A stretch of 64,000 bases of DNA from an uncultured Planctomycetota bacterium (GCA_963823665.1 CAWGMQ010000007.1:928001-992000); one strand, 5' to 3'; counted from the stretch's first letter, positions 40,146-54,289 are shown. Program-made: numbers and translations. The notes: a model not told the origin generated them from the letters alone.

Positions 40146-43100
40146 ATGGACCGTCGAGTGGCGGCATCGCGAGCGGAGCGGAGGCGCAGCTTTCGGAGGG
40201 TGCCGTCCTTCGAGCCCCTGGAAATGCGATGGTTGCGCGCGTCGATCGCGGCCTCGGCCGTTCCCGTCATGCCGCTGAGCGCGTCAGCCTGGACCTCGGT
40301 GGGACCGGCGCCGATCCTCGACGGCCAGGTCCCAGGCAACGGGCCGGTGACAGGGCGGATCCGAGCCGTGGTGCCGGACCCGGCCGACCCGAGCACCTTG
40401 TACATCGCGGCGGATGGCGGGGGCGTCTGGAAGTCCGCGGACGGCGGGACGAGCTGGACGCCCCTGACCGATCACGTCGATGACGGCAGCGGCAACCCTG
40501 TGAACCAGGCGATGGGGGCGCTGGCCGTTGCGAGGAGTAGCCTGCCCTCGACCGGGCCCGGCGGCGAGATCCTCTATGCCGGCCTCGAATCGGAAGACAC
40601 CCAGGGCGTCCTGGTCTCCTTCGATAGCGGCGCGAGCTGGACTCTGGAGAACGATGGCGGTGCGTTCGCTGGCTTGGGCGTCGATAAGCTCGTCGTCGAT
40701 CCGACCGATCCGACGGGTGAGACGGTCTACGCGATGATGAACAACCTGGATTTCAACGGGGTCGTCGGTGGCCAGCCGGGCATCTACAAGTCGTCCGACG
40801 GCGGCCGGACGTGGATCGATTCGGGCGCCGGCATCTCGACGGATGACACCTTCACCGACTTCGTCGTCGACCCCTCGAACGGCCTGGTCCTGTACGCGGC
40901 AGTCGGGCCCCCCATGTTCCAGCAGGGCGCGAGCGGGATATACAAGTCCCTCGACGGCGGCGGCACCTGGACCGAGCTGTCCGGCGGGGCCCCGAGCGGC
41001 GACGCGGCCGGGAACATCGCGATGGCGATTTCGCCGTCGGATCCGCAGACGCTCTTCGCCGTGAGCACCGACCCGACGACCGGCGCGTTCCGGGTCGTGC
41101 GGACCGCCGACGGCGGCACGGCCTGGACCGACGCGACCGGCAATGTGAAGTCCGCCGGGCCTCCGTACCTCATCGCCATCGACCCGACGAATCCGAGCGT
41201 CGTCTTCCTTTTCGGCGGGGGCCAATACGCCGGGGAGGCGACATACGACGCCGGTTACGACATGGAGACGACCGACGGCGGGGCGAGCTGGAATGACATC
41301 TCGATCGACCCGGCCGGGAACGGCCCGCACATCGATGACCATGCCTTTGCCTTCGACGCGAGCGGGGACTTGCTCATGGGCAATGACGGCGGCCTCTGGG
41401 AGCTCACCAAGCCGACGAGCCTGACGACCCAGCGCTGGATAGATCTCAACGGCAACCTCGACATCACCGAGTTCTACGGCGTGGCCCTCGACCCGACGGA
41501 CGCCGGCATCGCCTACGCCGGCTCGCAGGATCAGGGCATCGATAAGGTCCAAGCCGGCGTCGGCTGGGTCCAGCTCCAGCAGGGCGATGGCGGCTATGCA
41601 CGCGTCGATCCGTCCCACCCCGGGACCGTCTACATGGAGATCTATGGCATTGATCTCAAGCGCTCGGACGATGGCGGGCAGACCTTCACGGAGATTTCGC
41701 CCGGGTTCGACCTCCAACTGCTGTCCTGGGGCGATGGCTCGGGGGTGCCGACCACGGGCCAGAACCTCGTCATCGCTGGCACCGACAGCGACGGCCTGCT
41801 CCACATCCGGACTTTCGATTCCGCCCGCGTCCGAACCGACACCTACGAGGCACTGGAGGGCGGCACGCTCCATCTTGTGTCGGCCGACGCCTCGGGCAAT
41901 GTCCTGTCGGACGCGGCGGAGTCGAGCCTCTCCGCGGCCGCGACCGAGTCGATCACCGACCTCAAGCAGCAGCTACCCGGCTTGTTGCCCCCGCACGTCC
42001 TCACCCAGGCCGAGGACACGCAGGTCAACTTCGAGGCGACAACAATCACCGGTGAGACCCTCGGCGGCAAGTTCTTTATCCCCTTCGTCCTCAATCCGTC
42101 TGACCCCTCGGAGGTTCTCTACGGGACGGCAACGCTCTACCAGTCGACGGACAGGGGCCAGACGTGGACGAGCATCGGCGACTCCCGGGGCGTCGTTCAA
42201 CCCGTTCGCCGCGCCTATCGACGCGTTGGCCCTGTCGGGCACGGGGAGCGACACCACGATCTATGTCATGGCCGGAAACGACATCTACACCTCGAAGGAC
42301 GACGGGGCCACCTGGCAGGGTCGCGCGGTCCCGGGTTATAACAGCTTCCACTACGGCGACGCCTCGCTGGTGATCGACCCGACCAATCCGATGGTCGCCT
42401 ACGCCGTGAGGTACCAGTCCAATCCGGCCGGCACTGCGCCGATCGAGACCGGACACGTCTTCCGCACGGCCGATGGCGGTGGGACGTGGACAGACATCAC
42501 CGTCGACCTGCCCGATACTGCCGTCAACGCGATCGCCGTGAACGTCGTCGGGGGCACCACGCAGATCTGGGTCGGCACCAATCGGGGAGTCTATGCCTCG
42601 ACTGACCTGGGAGCGAGCTGGTCGACCTTTGGCGACGAGCTCCCCAACGCGACGGTGACGTCGCTCGAATACGTGGCGAGCTCGAACATCCTGCTAGCCG
42701 GCACGTACGGCCGGGGCGCCTGGGAGATCCTCGACCAGGGCGCTCTGCTCGTGCCCCCCGCGCCTCAGCTCGCGGCCGGGAGCGACACGGGCGTGAGTAG
42801 CACCGACGGGCTCACGCGGGACAATGGCTCCTCCTCCGCGCCAGTGACGTTTACCGTCAGCGGGGTCAGCCCGCTCAACGGCTTCGTTCAGCTCTATGAT
42901 GTCACCGATCCCGGAGGTCCCCTGCCGCTGGGCGGGCCGGAGCAGGCCATCGGCGGGATTGCCACGATCACCCTGGGCGGCGGCGGCGACCTCCCCCTGG
43001 CCGACGGCGTCCATCGAATCGCCGCGACGGCCGCGGTCACATCCGGCGGCGCTCCGAGTGCCGTCTCGGGATCGACCGCGGTCACGATCCAGACGAGCGT

Positions 43101-44084
43101 CCATATCGTCTCGACCACCCCGGCGGCCGGCTCGTCGGTCGCCGTACTGCCGGGCGGGCAGGTTACAATCCTGTTCGACCACACGCTCGCGAACCTGACT
43201 GACGGCGGAGGGGCGCTGGGACCGAATGATCCGAACGCCTTGACACTCACCACTGCCGGCGGCCAGGCGCTGGCGATCACCACGGTCTACCACGTCGACA
43301 CGGCGGATGGCACCTCCAGCATCGTGCTGACCCCTGTCTCGCCGCCCATGGCGGCCGTCGAGACCCTCCGAGTCACTCCGGGCGCGTTCACCGACCTGGC
43401 CGGGAATACCGTGAGCACCCGGGCGGCGGCCGGTTCACGTTCACCGTGACCGGCCCGAGCAACGCCCCCGTGGCGCTGAACCCGGTCCCGAACCAGACCG
43501 TGATGCCCGGTGGCCTGCTGCACGTCCAGTTCACCGCCAGCGACCCCGACATCGGGCGGACGCTGATCTACAGCCTGGGACCCGGCGCGCCTGTGGGTAC
43601 CTCGATCGACCCGAGTACGGGCCTGTTCACCTGGACTCCCGGCCCGGCCGAGGCTGGGCAGACCTATGACATCGCGGTGACCGTGGCGGTCCAAGGCGTG
43701 CCCGGAGTGAGCGACACACAACCCCTGATGGTCACCGTTCTGGCACCGCCGCAGGTCGAGAGGATCATGACCACGCAACGCCGTCGATCCGGGATCGATC
43801 AGGGAACGAGCGCGATCACCATCCTCTTTAACGAGCCGATGGCTCCATCGGCGGGGCTCGCGAGGTTCTATGCGGTCGAGACCCCGCGCAGGGTTCGCGT
43901 CGGCAAAAGAATTGCGACTCGCCTCGTTCCCGTCCGCTTCACCGCGAAATTGACCGCGGCAAACGGCGTCGCGCTGAGGCTCGCCAAGCCGTCGAAGGCC
44001 CACCTCGCGTTGATTGTCCGGGCCGGCGTCCGGGCTGCCAACGGCCTGACCATGGGCCAGGTGTTCAGCGAAAGCGTGCAGTGA
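40146..44084 (+). CDS. Large planctomycete extracellular protein: BNR/VPS10-like beta-propellers plus Ig-like domains (frameshifts near 42190 and 43430)
   Basis: FEPLEMRWL leader motif; many S/TxDGGxxW Asp-boxes; SIDPSTGLFTWTP Ig-like motif. Confidence 0.8.
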
Positions 44085-44257
44085 CCCGGCGAGAATGCCG
44101 CGAGGACCGAGACGTGCCGGAAGGCTGTAGTCGCAGGGCCACCTGATTTTGGGGGGGCGCTCGTCCTCCTTGCCCGACCCCGTCCGGAGCCGTAGACTCG
44201 ATCGGCCTTGACACTGCGACGCCTCGATCGATCCTCCGACGCACGGGCGGGATGGGC

Positions 44258-45452
44258 ATGGACCGGAAGATTCGGCGATTGTTTGCGCACGCTGTTGTGG
44301 TCGTGCTGAGTTGCGGGGTGATTGCGCGGCGAATCGGGCTTCTGCAAGAAAGTGGCCATTTTTCCGATCAATGCCAAACACAATCACGCCTCCTGCGTGG
44401 TGCAGACGAGGGATGGAAGCCTGCTGGCGGCGTGGTACGCGGGCAGCGGGGAGCGGACGGCGGATGACGTTGTCATCGAAGGAGCGTGGCTGCCGCGGGG
44501 CCAAGCTGCGTGGGGGCCGAAGTTCTTGATGGCCGATACGCCGGGTTATCCGGATTGCAATCCGGCGCTCTTCGCGGCGCCGGATCAATCGCTGTGGCTG
44601 TTCTGGCCGACGATTCTCGACCACCGGTGGGAGGGCGCGCTGCTCAAGTTTGCCCGCTGTGAGCAGCCGGTTGGTCCTCAATCGCCGATCAACTGGACGC
44701 GAAGTGGCGTGCTGCACGTGACTCCCAAGGGGTTTGCCGACGACATGAAGCGGGCGATCGCGAGCTTGAGCGCGGAGGAGACGGGGCGATATGGGGCCTA
44801 TTTGAAGCGCGAGGAGGACCGGTCGCGCGATGAGCTCTATCAGCGGCTGGGCTGGATGCCGCGGGTGCATCCGGTCGTGCTGCCTTCCGGGCGATGGATC
44901 CTGCCGCTTTACACGGACACGTTCTCAGCGTCGATCATGGCAATCTCCGACGATCGGGGGCAGACATGGGCAGCGAGCAAGCCGCTCTTCGGTTTCGGCA
45001 ATATTCAGCCGAGCCTGGTGCGCAAGAACGACGGAGAGCTGGTGGCGTTCATGCGGGACAATGGTCCGCACAAGAAGATCCGGTTGAGCAGCTCGCGCGA
45101 TGACGGTGTTTCGTGGACGCCGGTGGTCGATTCGCAGTTTCCCAACCCCGGTGCCGGCATCGAGGCGATCCGGCTGGCGAACGGGCACTGGGTTTTGATT
45201 TACAACGATTTGCCGCGTGGCAGGCACTCGCTGGCGGTCTCTGTTTCCGAGGATCAAGGGTTGACGTGGAAGGCGACGCGGCATCTCGAGCAGGTGGCGG
45301 CTGGGGGCGGGCAGTTTCACTATCCTTCGATCATCCAGGCGGCCGACGGGTCGATGCATGCGACGTATACGTACAGGATGACCGGGGAGGGGAGCACGAT
45401 CGAGCACGCTCACTTTGACGAGGCGTGGCTTCTCGCCGGCGATCAAAAATGA
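44258..45452 (+). CDS. Exported sialidase-like BNR-repeat protein (frameshift near 44325)
   Basis: SDDRGQTW, SRDDGVSW, SEDQGLTW Asp-boxes; HYPSIIQ. Confidence 0.8.
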
Positions 45453-46779
45453 CACAGGGAAGTGACGGCGGTGGGAGCCGTGCCGAAGCTCATGGTTCCA
45501 TCCGCGAGCGCCTCGGCTCGAACCGACATTATCCGTGGCTGGTAGTAGGGCTGCTCTGGTTTTGCGGGTTCTTCAACTACGCGGACCGGCAGGCGGTTTT
45601 CTCGGTTTTTCCGCTGATCAAGAAGGAGTTTCACCTCGACAACACGACCGTGAGCTTGCTCGGCTCGGCCTTCATGCTGGTTTACGCGGTCGCGTCGCCA
45701 TTCACGGGCTATGTGGTGGATCGCATTTCGCGCCGATGGTTGATCGCCTCGGGGCTTGCGCTCTGGAGTCTGATCTGCGCAGCGACGGCATTCTCGCGGA
45801 ACTTCGGCCAGCTTGTCTTCTTCCGCGCGGCCGAGGGTCTGGGCGAGTCGTTTTATTTTCCGGCGTCAATGTCGCTTCTGGCTGACTACCACAGCCGGCG
45901 CACGCGCTCTCGGGCGCTGGGCATCCATCAGACGAGCGTGTACCTCGGCACGGCGGGAGGAGCGGCACTTGCGGGCTTTCTCTCGAGGCGCCAAGGATGG
46001 CGGTCGCCGTTCTGGGTACTGGGGCTTACCGGGACGGTGTACGCCGCGTTTCTGATTCTGAGCCTGATCGAGCCAGTCCGCGGTCAGGCAGGAGGTGAAA
46101 CGGCTGAGGCAGATCCGCGGCAGCGCGAGGAAATGAGCCCGACGCGAGCGGTATCCGCGCCACTGAGTGCCAAGATTGCGCGGCTCATGAGCAACCGCGC
46201 GGCCGTTCTATTGTTTGCCGTGTTCGTCGGCGCGAACTTTGTGGCGGCGACCTTCCTCACGTGGCTCCCCACGTTCATTTTTGAGGCGTTTGATGTGGGA
46301 CTGCATAATGCCTCGTTCACATCGACGTTCTGGCCACTCGCGAGTCTGCCTGGCGCACTCCTTGGAGGGTTTGCGGCTGATCGGGCTGCGCGCGGAAGAG
46401 CGGAGGACGTATCCGCGTGCAGAGCCTGGGCCTTCTGCTGGCGGCTCCATTCGTTTTTCTGGCTGGTTGGTCGACGTCGGTGCCGTTCTTGATCGCCGGG
46501 TTGATTGGAGCTGGTCTTTGCAAGGGGATCTACGACTCGAACATCTTCGCGTCACTCTTCGACGTGGTTGCACCGGAGGATCGCGGCAGCGCGGCGGGGA
46601 TGATGAACTGCCTGGGATGGGTCGGCGGGCTCGCCGCCCCGTTTGTCGTCGGGTTTGCGTCGGACCGGCTTGGGCTTGGGGTGGTGATCGGATCGACTGC
46701 GGCCGTCTATTTGCTAGTGGGCTTGCTGGCACTCGTGGCGGCGCGACTGGCGGAGACGCGCGCGCACGAGCCGGCGTGA
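45449..46779 (+). CDS. MFS transporter (frameshift near 46410)
   Basis: NYADRQ, GYVVDRISRR motif A, RAAEGLGE; about 12 TM helices. Confidence 0.88.
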
Positions 46780-46815
46780 CTCGTTGTTCCTTCTCACATT
46801 GCGGGGGCTTCGAAA

Positions 46816-48491
46816 GTGAAATCTGGGGCGGTCGAAAGCAAAGGTGCTTCCCGGGGCTACGCGTGGGCGGCCTCGGGCGATGTGAATGCGTTCTTCGGAC
46901 TGATGCTGGACAACATCGGCGTCATGATCCTGATGGGGAGCCTGCTGGTCGGGGCGTTCGGGATGCCCAGGGAGTTCGTGCTCACGCGGATGATCCCCGG
47001 CACGGCGGTCGGGGTGCTGGTCGGTGATTTGATTTACACGGCCATGGCGTTTCGTCTCGCCCGGAAGACGGGCGCAGGGACGTCACGGCGATGCCGCTTG
47101 GCCTTGATACCCCGAGCACGTTCGGCACGGTGTTCCTGATCATCGGTCCAGCTTACCAGAACGCGATCGGCCGCGGTCTCGACACTGAAAGTGCGGCACG
47201 ACATGCCTGGTTCTTGGGCATCACAATGTTACTTGCATCCGGAATCTTCAAAATCGCGTGTGCACCGTTTTCGGGTTGGATTCGGAGGAGTGTGCCGCGT
47301 GCGGGGTTGCTGGGTTCACTTGCGGCGATCGCGCTGGTATTGATCAGTTTCCTGCCGTTACTGCATATTGCGGCGCATCCGGTGGCTGGGATGGTGGCGC
47401 TGGGATTGATCCTTGCGACGCTGACGGCGAAGTGGCGGCTTCCGGGTAACTTTCCGGGTGCGCTCGCGTCGGTTGTGGTCGGGTGTGTCGTTTTTTACGG
47501 GCTTTACGCCGTCGGGTGGGGACCCGGTGCCGGGAGCGAGGGGGATGCACCGGCGTTGGCGATCCGGGCGGTATTGCCGATGCCGATCCAGGAATGGCTC
47601 GCGTGGTTTGGCGATGCGGGCCGCGATGCGCTGCGGTATCTGCCGGTGGCTATTCCACTTGCGCTGGCGACCGTGGTGGGGGGGATTGACTGCACGGAGA
47701 GTGCGGCGAGCGTGGGCGATGAGTATCCGACGGGGCAGATCATCGCGGCCGAGGGGTTCTCGACGCTCGTCGGGGGGCTGTTTGGCGGAGTGATCCAGTC
47801 GACGCCGTACATCGGTCATCCGGCTTACAAGGCGATGGGAGCACGATCGGCCTATACTCTGGCGACGGCGCTCTTCGTGGGGGCGGCGGGGATCTTCGGG
47901 TTTTTTGACTGGATCTTCTACTTCATTCCCGAGGCGGTCATTTTCCCGATCTTGATCTTCGTTGGCCTGGAGATCACCTCGCAGTCGTTTCACGCGACGC
48001 CGGTGCGGCACTATCCGGCTGTCGCGCTGGCATGCGTGCCGGCACTCGCGTATCTGGCGGTGCTTTCGTACAAGCAGCTTTTGCCGGAGCTGAAGCCGTT
48101 TACCGAACTTCAGCCGGCCACGCAGCACTGGATACAGACGGTGACGGTGCTGGCGGGCGGAGGGGGGTTCATCGTGACGAGTTTGTTGTGGGCGACTGCG
48201 CTCGTGCATATGATTGATGGGAGGATCCGGCCGCTGGTGACGACGCTATTGATCGCTGCCGTTTTCTCCTGGTTTGGCGTCATTCACTCGCCACTCCAGT
48301 CGAGCCCGATCAGTTCGCCGGGGGCGGTGATCCGGCAGCTCGAAGCGGAAGGGCGGGCCAAAATCACTTCCCAACAGACGCCGTATCAGTGGGCTGGCGC
48401 TTACGTGCTCACGGCGATCGCGCTGCTGGCGCTCCACCGATTCGGGAAACCGCCGGAGAGTGCGACGGCAGAGGCTTCGCACGCGGGTTAG
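46816..48491 (+). CDS. NCS2/AzgA-related permease (frameshift near 47080)
   Basis: GDVNAFFGL, MPLGLDTPS, ESAASVGDEY, YIGHPAYKAMG. Confidence 0.75.
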
Positions 48492-48762
48492 CGTAGGTGG
48501 ATCAGGCGTTCGAGAACGTCGCGTCCTACTGCTTTGGCACGAGTAAGATATGGACGGGACGATCGACTGGAATTAACCTAGTCACGAGAGACACGCCGGC
48601 CGCGGTTCGGGTGGTGATCGGCAAATGAACCCGGTGGTATGAAAATTGCTCTACAGCCGGGGAACCTACCCCGAAGTCATTCGGACCAGCCCGTCACATA
48701 CAGAATTCCGCGGCCCCGTTTGCTTTTATTTAGGCGTTCGCCCAGATTGAGACTCGCTCGAC

Positions 48763-50549
48763 ATGCGTAAGGGAATTGGGGTCAGTCCGGGGGTCGTGGT
48801 GGGTGTGGCCCATCGGGTTGAGTCAGTTTTTGGCGAGTTCGAACAGCAGACGCTGGAGAGTCCGGGTCTGATCGCGGATGAGGTCGAGCGGTTTGAGCGG
48901 CGCTCCTCGACGCGGGGACGATGTACGAAGCGCTGATTCAGAACGTCGCCGAGAAGGTGGGTGATTCGTCGGCCGAGATTTTCAAGAGTCACCTGCAAAT
49001 CGTCAATGATCCGTCGCTGCGCTCCAAGGTTCGTGGTCTGATCGAGAACCAGCGTTTGACGGCGCTATCGGCCCTGCAAGCGGTGATGAACGGCTTCGCA
49101 GCCCAGTTCGCGCAGATCAAGCAGGAGAATTTCCGCGAGCGGGTGAATGACATCCGGGATGTGATCTTGCAGATCGAATCGCACCTGCGCATGCACAACG
49201 TCGCTCCGGCCGACTTTGCGGGCGCCTCGCGCAACGGGTCGGGGAACGGCAACGGTGATGAATGCATCATCCTGGTGGCGCGAGAGATTCTGCCGACCCA
49301 GGCCTTGAGCATGGGCGACTTGCCGATCGCCGGGATCGTGACGGAGCTGGGGGGCGGCACCAGCCACGCCGCGATCCTGGCGCGGAGCCGCGGCATTCCG
49401 GCGGTCTCGGGGCTCGAGGGAATCATGTCGGAGGTCGAGACCGGCGACATGATGGTCGTCGACGGCCGGGACGGGATGGTCATCGTGCGGCCGGACAAGG
49501 AAGCCACCTCGGCCTGGCGGAAAGTGCAGCGGGAGTTCTTCAACTTCAAGGACCGGCTGTTTGCGAACCGGGACCTGCCCGCTCGCAGCGCCGACGGCAC
49601 GCAGGTCGAGCTGCTGGCCAACATCAACAACCTGGCCGACGCCCAGTCGGCGACCAAGGTCGGCGCGACGGGCGTGGGCCTGTTCCGCACCGAATACCTG
49701 TTCATGACCCATCACGACGTGCCGGGCGAGGAGGAGCAGTACGAGTATTATCGACAGATCATCATGAACTCACCTGGTCAGTCGGTCACGATCCGGACGC
49801 TGGACCTGGGTGGCGACAAAACGGTGCCTTATCTGGGGCGCCGGGGTGAGGCCAACCCGTTCATGGGCTGGCGGTCGACGCGGATCTTCTTCGAGAACTC
49901 CAAGCTCTTCGTCACCCAGATCAGGGCGATTCTACGGGCCGGACGTCATGGGAAGGTTTCCATGCTCTTTCCCATGATCACGTCTCTCGAGGAATTGCTG
50001 TTCATCAACAACCTGGTGCAGGAGACGCGGAGCAACCTGCTGCGCGAGGGGATTCCTTTCGGCGAGGATGTGAAGCGAGGGATGATGGTCGAGGTTCCCG
50101 CGGCGGCTGTGTGTATTGATTCCTTCCTGCGCGAGACCGACTTCATCTCGATCGGATCGAACGATTTGATTCAGTACCTGGTTGCCGCGGACCGAGACAA
50201 TCCCAAGGTTGCGCATCTGTGTGAATCGCTGGCGCCGGCGATCTTCCGGGTGCTGCGCATCGTGCTCGACGCCTGCCAGAGGACCGGCACGCCGGTCACG
50301 CTTTGCGGCGAGATGGCCGGTCAACCGCGCGCCGTGCTGGTGCTCTTCGGCATGGGGCTGCGGCGGTTCAGCATGAGCCCGGCGTTCATTCCGACGGTCA
50401 AGGAGCTGCTATCGTCGGTGACCACGGCACAGGCCGAGCGGTTTGCCCATCACGTGCTGCAGCTCAGCACCAACGAGGAGATCCGCTCGTATCTGACGGC
50501 GCGGCTGCACGAGGTGTCGAGCGCGCTCGAGGTGTTTGACACGAACTGA
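48763..50549 (+). CDS. ptsI: Phosphoenolpyruvate-protein phosphotransferase (PTS enzyme I), frameshift near 48910
   Basis: GIGVSPG, TSHAAILAR phospho-His, GVGLFRTE, RTLDLGGDK, SIGSNDL, CGEMAG. Confidence 0.92.
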
Positions 50550-50562
50550 GTTCTGAACTGGT

Positions 50563-51686
50563 TCATTTCGGCCGGGCGGGTTTTGTCTGGGCGACCCGTC
50601 GCTGCAAGAGCTGGCAGAGGTTCTCGATTTTCTCGAGTTTTTCCGGGTCGTCGAAGATGGATGCAGCCCGGCGCTTGAGGTCCTGGATGTTCCAGTCGCT
50701 CGAGTCGTCGAGTGCGTTGTTGGCTTCGCTCAAGCTGGGCTGGAACCGGTAGTACAGGTAGGGATGCTTCACGACGTGCGTGAGCTGGCGCATGTGGCCG
50801 TCGACGGTATCGCTCGAGCCGTCGTAGGCGATATCGATCAGCGGGCGGGCCCAGTGCAGGCTTCCCCAGCGCCTGGCGTCTTCGTAGCGGATGCGGACAT
50901 TGAGCTCGCCGGTTCCCAGGGAGAGGACGACGTATTCCAGCGGTTCGCACGGGTCGCCATCCGCCGCGCGGACCTCGACGGGCCGCTCGCTTTGCCTGGA
51001 GCTGCCGGGAGACACGTCGGTCGAGGGCATATCGCCGGGAAGGTTCTGCATGCTGACGGCCTCGGCGTAGGCGCAAAGTGTCGGGTTGTTCACGAAAATG
51101 CCGGCGTCGATGAGTGTGAGCGGCGGCAGGTTGGACCGGCGGGCGCGCTTGATCTGAAACGGGGAAAAATAGGTGGGCGCAGCGGACGTGCAACGCGCGA
51201 CTTCCCACATTCGAGGGTTGAACCGGCTGGTTTTCTTGCGCGTGCCTTTCGTCGGGTGAAGAAGAAAGGGCGGCACGACTCGATTTCGTAGCTGGTGATC
51301 AGGACTTCGGTCAGGGCATCGCTCAGCCGAGTGTCTTCGCCCATGTACCGCTTGAGGATTTTCTCGAAGCGCTCGGACGGGTATTTCTCTTCGAGCAGGC
51401 CGTGCAGCGACGTGATGTTCTGCCAGAATGAATGAAAGACCTCCTTGCCGTCCTTCTCGTAGAAGGAGACGAGCTGAGAGGCCCTGTACTTGGGCCGTTC
51501 GACGTCGATGCTCTGGGGAATGGTGAGGCCTAGCGCCAGGACACCGCCGGTTGACGTGCCCGCGATCAGGTCGAACATCTGCGCGATTCGGTGGCCGGTG
51601 CGGCGCTCGATTTCGGCGAGAATCATGGCGGGGATGATCCCGCGGATTCCACCGCCGTCGATGGAGAGGATGGTGAATAGGGGCAT
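50563..51686 (-). CDS. Patatin-like phospholipase (frameshift near 51250)
   Basis: DGGGIRG, GTSTG, SAAPTYF, DAG, SLGTG. Confidence 0.9.
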
Positions 51687-51845
51687 TGATTAGTTGTCAG
51701 TTGTTAGTTGTTAGTTGCTGGTCGATCGTGCTCGCGCGGCTTCAATTGGGTGGTGGTGATCGTGTGCGGGGTCGAACCGAATCTAGTGCTCGTGGGGGAG
51801 AGAAGCAATAATGCGGGAGGGGTTGCGCGTCAGATGGAGGCAGTG

Positions 51846-52408
51846 ATGAACGCAAGAGCTTGCTGGAATGGGTGTGACATTGTCGTCGAAGCGGGTGATA
51901 TTACCAAGCTCGACACGGATGCGATCGTCAACGCGGCAAATTCCGGGTTGTGGGCTGGTGGCGGGGTGTGTGGGGCGATTCATCGCGCGGCGGGGCCGGC
52001 ACTTGGGGAAGCGTGCAAGCACGTCGTGGCGGAACAGGGACCTGTCAGGGTGGGGCAGGCGGCGATCACGCCTGGAGGTGGCCTTCGGGCCAGGTATGTG
52101 ATTCATGCGGTGGGGCCGGTGTATGGTGAGAATCCGGCGAAGGCGCCGGAGCTGCTGGCGTCGGCTTATGTGAATTCGTTGCGGCTGCGCGCGAGAATGG
52201 GCTTTCCAGCATCGCCTTTCCGTGCATCAGCACGGGGATCTTCGGCTATCCGGCGGACGAAGCGTGCGAGGTGGTGATCGATGCTGTGCGGCGCGATCTG
52301 GAAAAGCACGGGGGGCTCAAGACGGTTGTGTTTTGTGTTTTTGGGAAGGGGGATCTTGAGCGGTATGAGCAGGCGCTGGGGCGGGGGCCTTCGCCAGACC
52401 CAGCATGA
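51846..52408 (+). CDS. Macrodomain O-acetyl-ADP-ribose deacetylase (YmdB-like), frameshift near 52195
   Basis: GDIT, AIVNAAN, GGGV.GAIH.AAG, VIHAVGP, AFPCISTGIFGYP. Confidence 0.9.
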
Positions 52409-53795
52409 TCATGCGCCGGCTGCGTTCGGGGCGCAGCACGCTCGCGGCGGGTGAGAGGCACGAGCGGTGCGAGTAAGGCGCCGCAGTCCGGCGGCGAGGA
52501 GGGCGAGCAGGCAGTGGCCGGCGGTCAGGAACGGGTCAACGTAGATCGGTGTCCGTGCGCTTTCCACGGAGGTGATGAGGAGCACGCCGTCTCGGATGCT
52601 GTAGGCGAGGTCGAGCTGGGCGAGGTAAAGTCGCAGGGTCGTCTTGAGCGGGACGCCGTCGAGGTTGATCGTGCCGCTGGACGTCATGGTCTTGTCGGCT
52701 TCTGAAATGCCGATCGGGTCGGCGTAGATGGGGATGCCCTTGCCGTCGGGGCCGCGTGTCGTCTGCTCAACGTATTTCAGGACGTGTTCGAGCGGCGTCT
52801 CGATGCGGAAATGCATCGGCACGGGCTGCTCGAGCGCCCGCCAGATGCGCAAGTTTGCTGCTGCGGTGCCGCTCCAGGAGGATGGCAGGCCGCCCACACC
52901 GGAAGGAAACCAGCCGCGGATGGCGTGGAGCAGTTGTTCGGTAGGAAGCTGTGGCACCAGAGTATCCATGTCAGGGTGACGGCCGAAGGCGAGGGTCATG
53001 TAGCCGGAGCCCATGAGCGCGGCTCCGAGCCAGATCTGGCGGCGGCTACCTTGCTCGCCGGCGGCGCCCAGGATGGTCAGGCCCAGCAGCGCACATGTCG
53101 ACAGGAAGGTCGCGCCGGCCCAGAAGTCCGGGGCCGATGTGGAGAGGAACGCGACGAAACTCATGGCAACCACGCAGGCTGCCAGCCCGAGGATTGCCGA
53201 CCAGAGCCGCCGGCGCGGGGAAGTTGGAGGTAGGGCGCTCATTTCGACGTTGGGCTGATCGGCATTTTTCTTGCGGCCGCCGAAGAGCAGGGTCGAGAGC
53301 GTGCCGCCGAGCAGGGCGGCGAGCAGGGCCCAGAGGCAGTGGGCGATCTGCCGGAGGACGTGGTCTGGAGGAGGGCTGGGCGGCCCGCCGCCGAACCCGC
53401 CGGCAATCATGCCTGTCATCTGGAGACCGGCGCTTCGCATTCCACCGAGGCCTCCCATGCCGCCTCCCATGCCACCCATGCCTCCGCTGAAATGGGCTTT
53501 CGCGCCGAGCCGCGTTCCGATTGCGTCGAGCAGAGCCATCGTGGGCAGATCGAAGGAGGTCCAGAACGCCAGAAACAGGTAGCCCCAGCCGAAGAGCGCG
53601 AAGCCGAGCCACCAGGCGCGCTCGGAATCGCCGCGGCAGACGACGCCGACGATCGCGAGGCAGAGCACGGCACATGTTAATAGAAACGTCGCGCCCGCCC
53701 AGGTTCTCGGAGGCGTTGCGAAAGGCCGCCAGGCTGAGCGCGATGACGAGGACGGCCGCCATTAACCCTGCGATCGGAAAGCGGACCTTGCGCAT
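52409..53795 (-). CDS. Membrane protein with a duplicated TM module and an STN-like domain (frameshift near 53700)
   Basis: W.G.A..G.GY..LAF and HCL.ALLAA each twice; PLKTTLRLYLAQLDLAYSIRDGVLLIT. Confidence 0.6.
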
Positions 53796-54289
53796 GATCA
53801 GGCCCTCCGCGAGCGCCGGCAAGGGAGTTGCGCGCTGGGTGAGCGGGAACGCCAACGTTGCCGCGCTGGTCCGGCTCCCCAACGCCCTCAGACGTGTATG
53901 CTCCGGAACTTATTCGGACATCGCCCGCTTTGTATCCTTTCAAGTGATGGCACCAGGATGTTGCCGGGTCGCGGGCTGGCTGCTAGTCTATGCCGTTCGA
54001 GTCGTCACGAGGGTGCTCATCGCGGCGCGGCTCTGCGAGTTTGCGCTGCACTGAGTTTCTTCGATCCGGGAATGCCGGGTGGCTGGTTTCTCAAGAACGG
54101 GAATGGGCGGCGAGACGGCCGCATTGGATTTCGTCCAGAACTTGAAACTCTCTCGAGACTTAGGTATCTCTCCATGTTCTGTGTGATCACGGCATCGACT
54201 TTGCCTTTAGAAAGTGCCGCCCGTAGACGATTCGTTCCGCGCGCGTTGACTGGGATGCATGGTGGTTTTCGGGAAGGCAGCGCTGATTG

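Noticed and set aside
40284..41873. Long antisense ORFs here and elsewhere (e.g. 421-1695, 2108-3172, 59949-61181)
   Set aside because: Shadow frames of real genes in high-GC DNA, with no recognisable motifs.
51690..51720. Short heptamer tandem repeat (AGTTGTY)
   Set aside because: Only three to four copies; ordinary simple intergenic repeat.
50563..52408. CBASS- or Thoeris-like defence system from patatin plus macrodomain
   Set aside because: Divergent orientation, housekeeping-type macrodomain, and no cyclase, TIR or SIR2 gene nearby.
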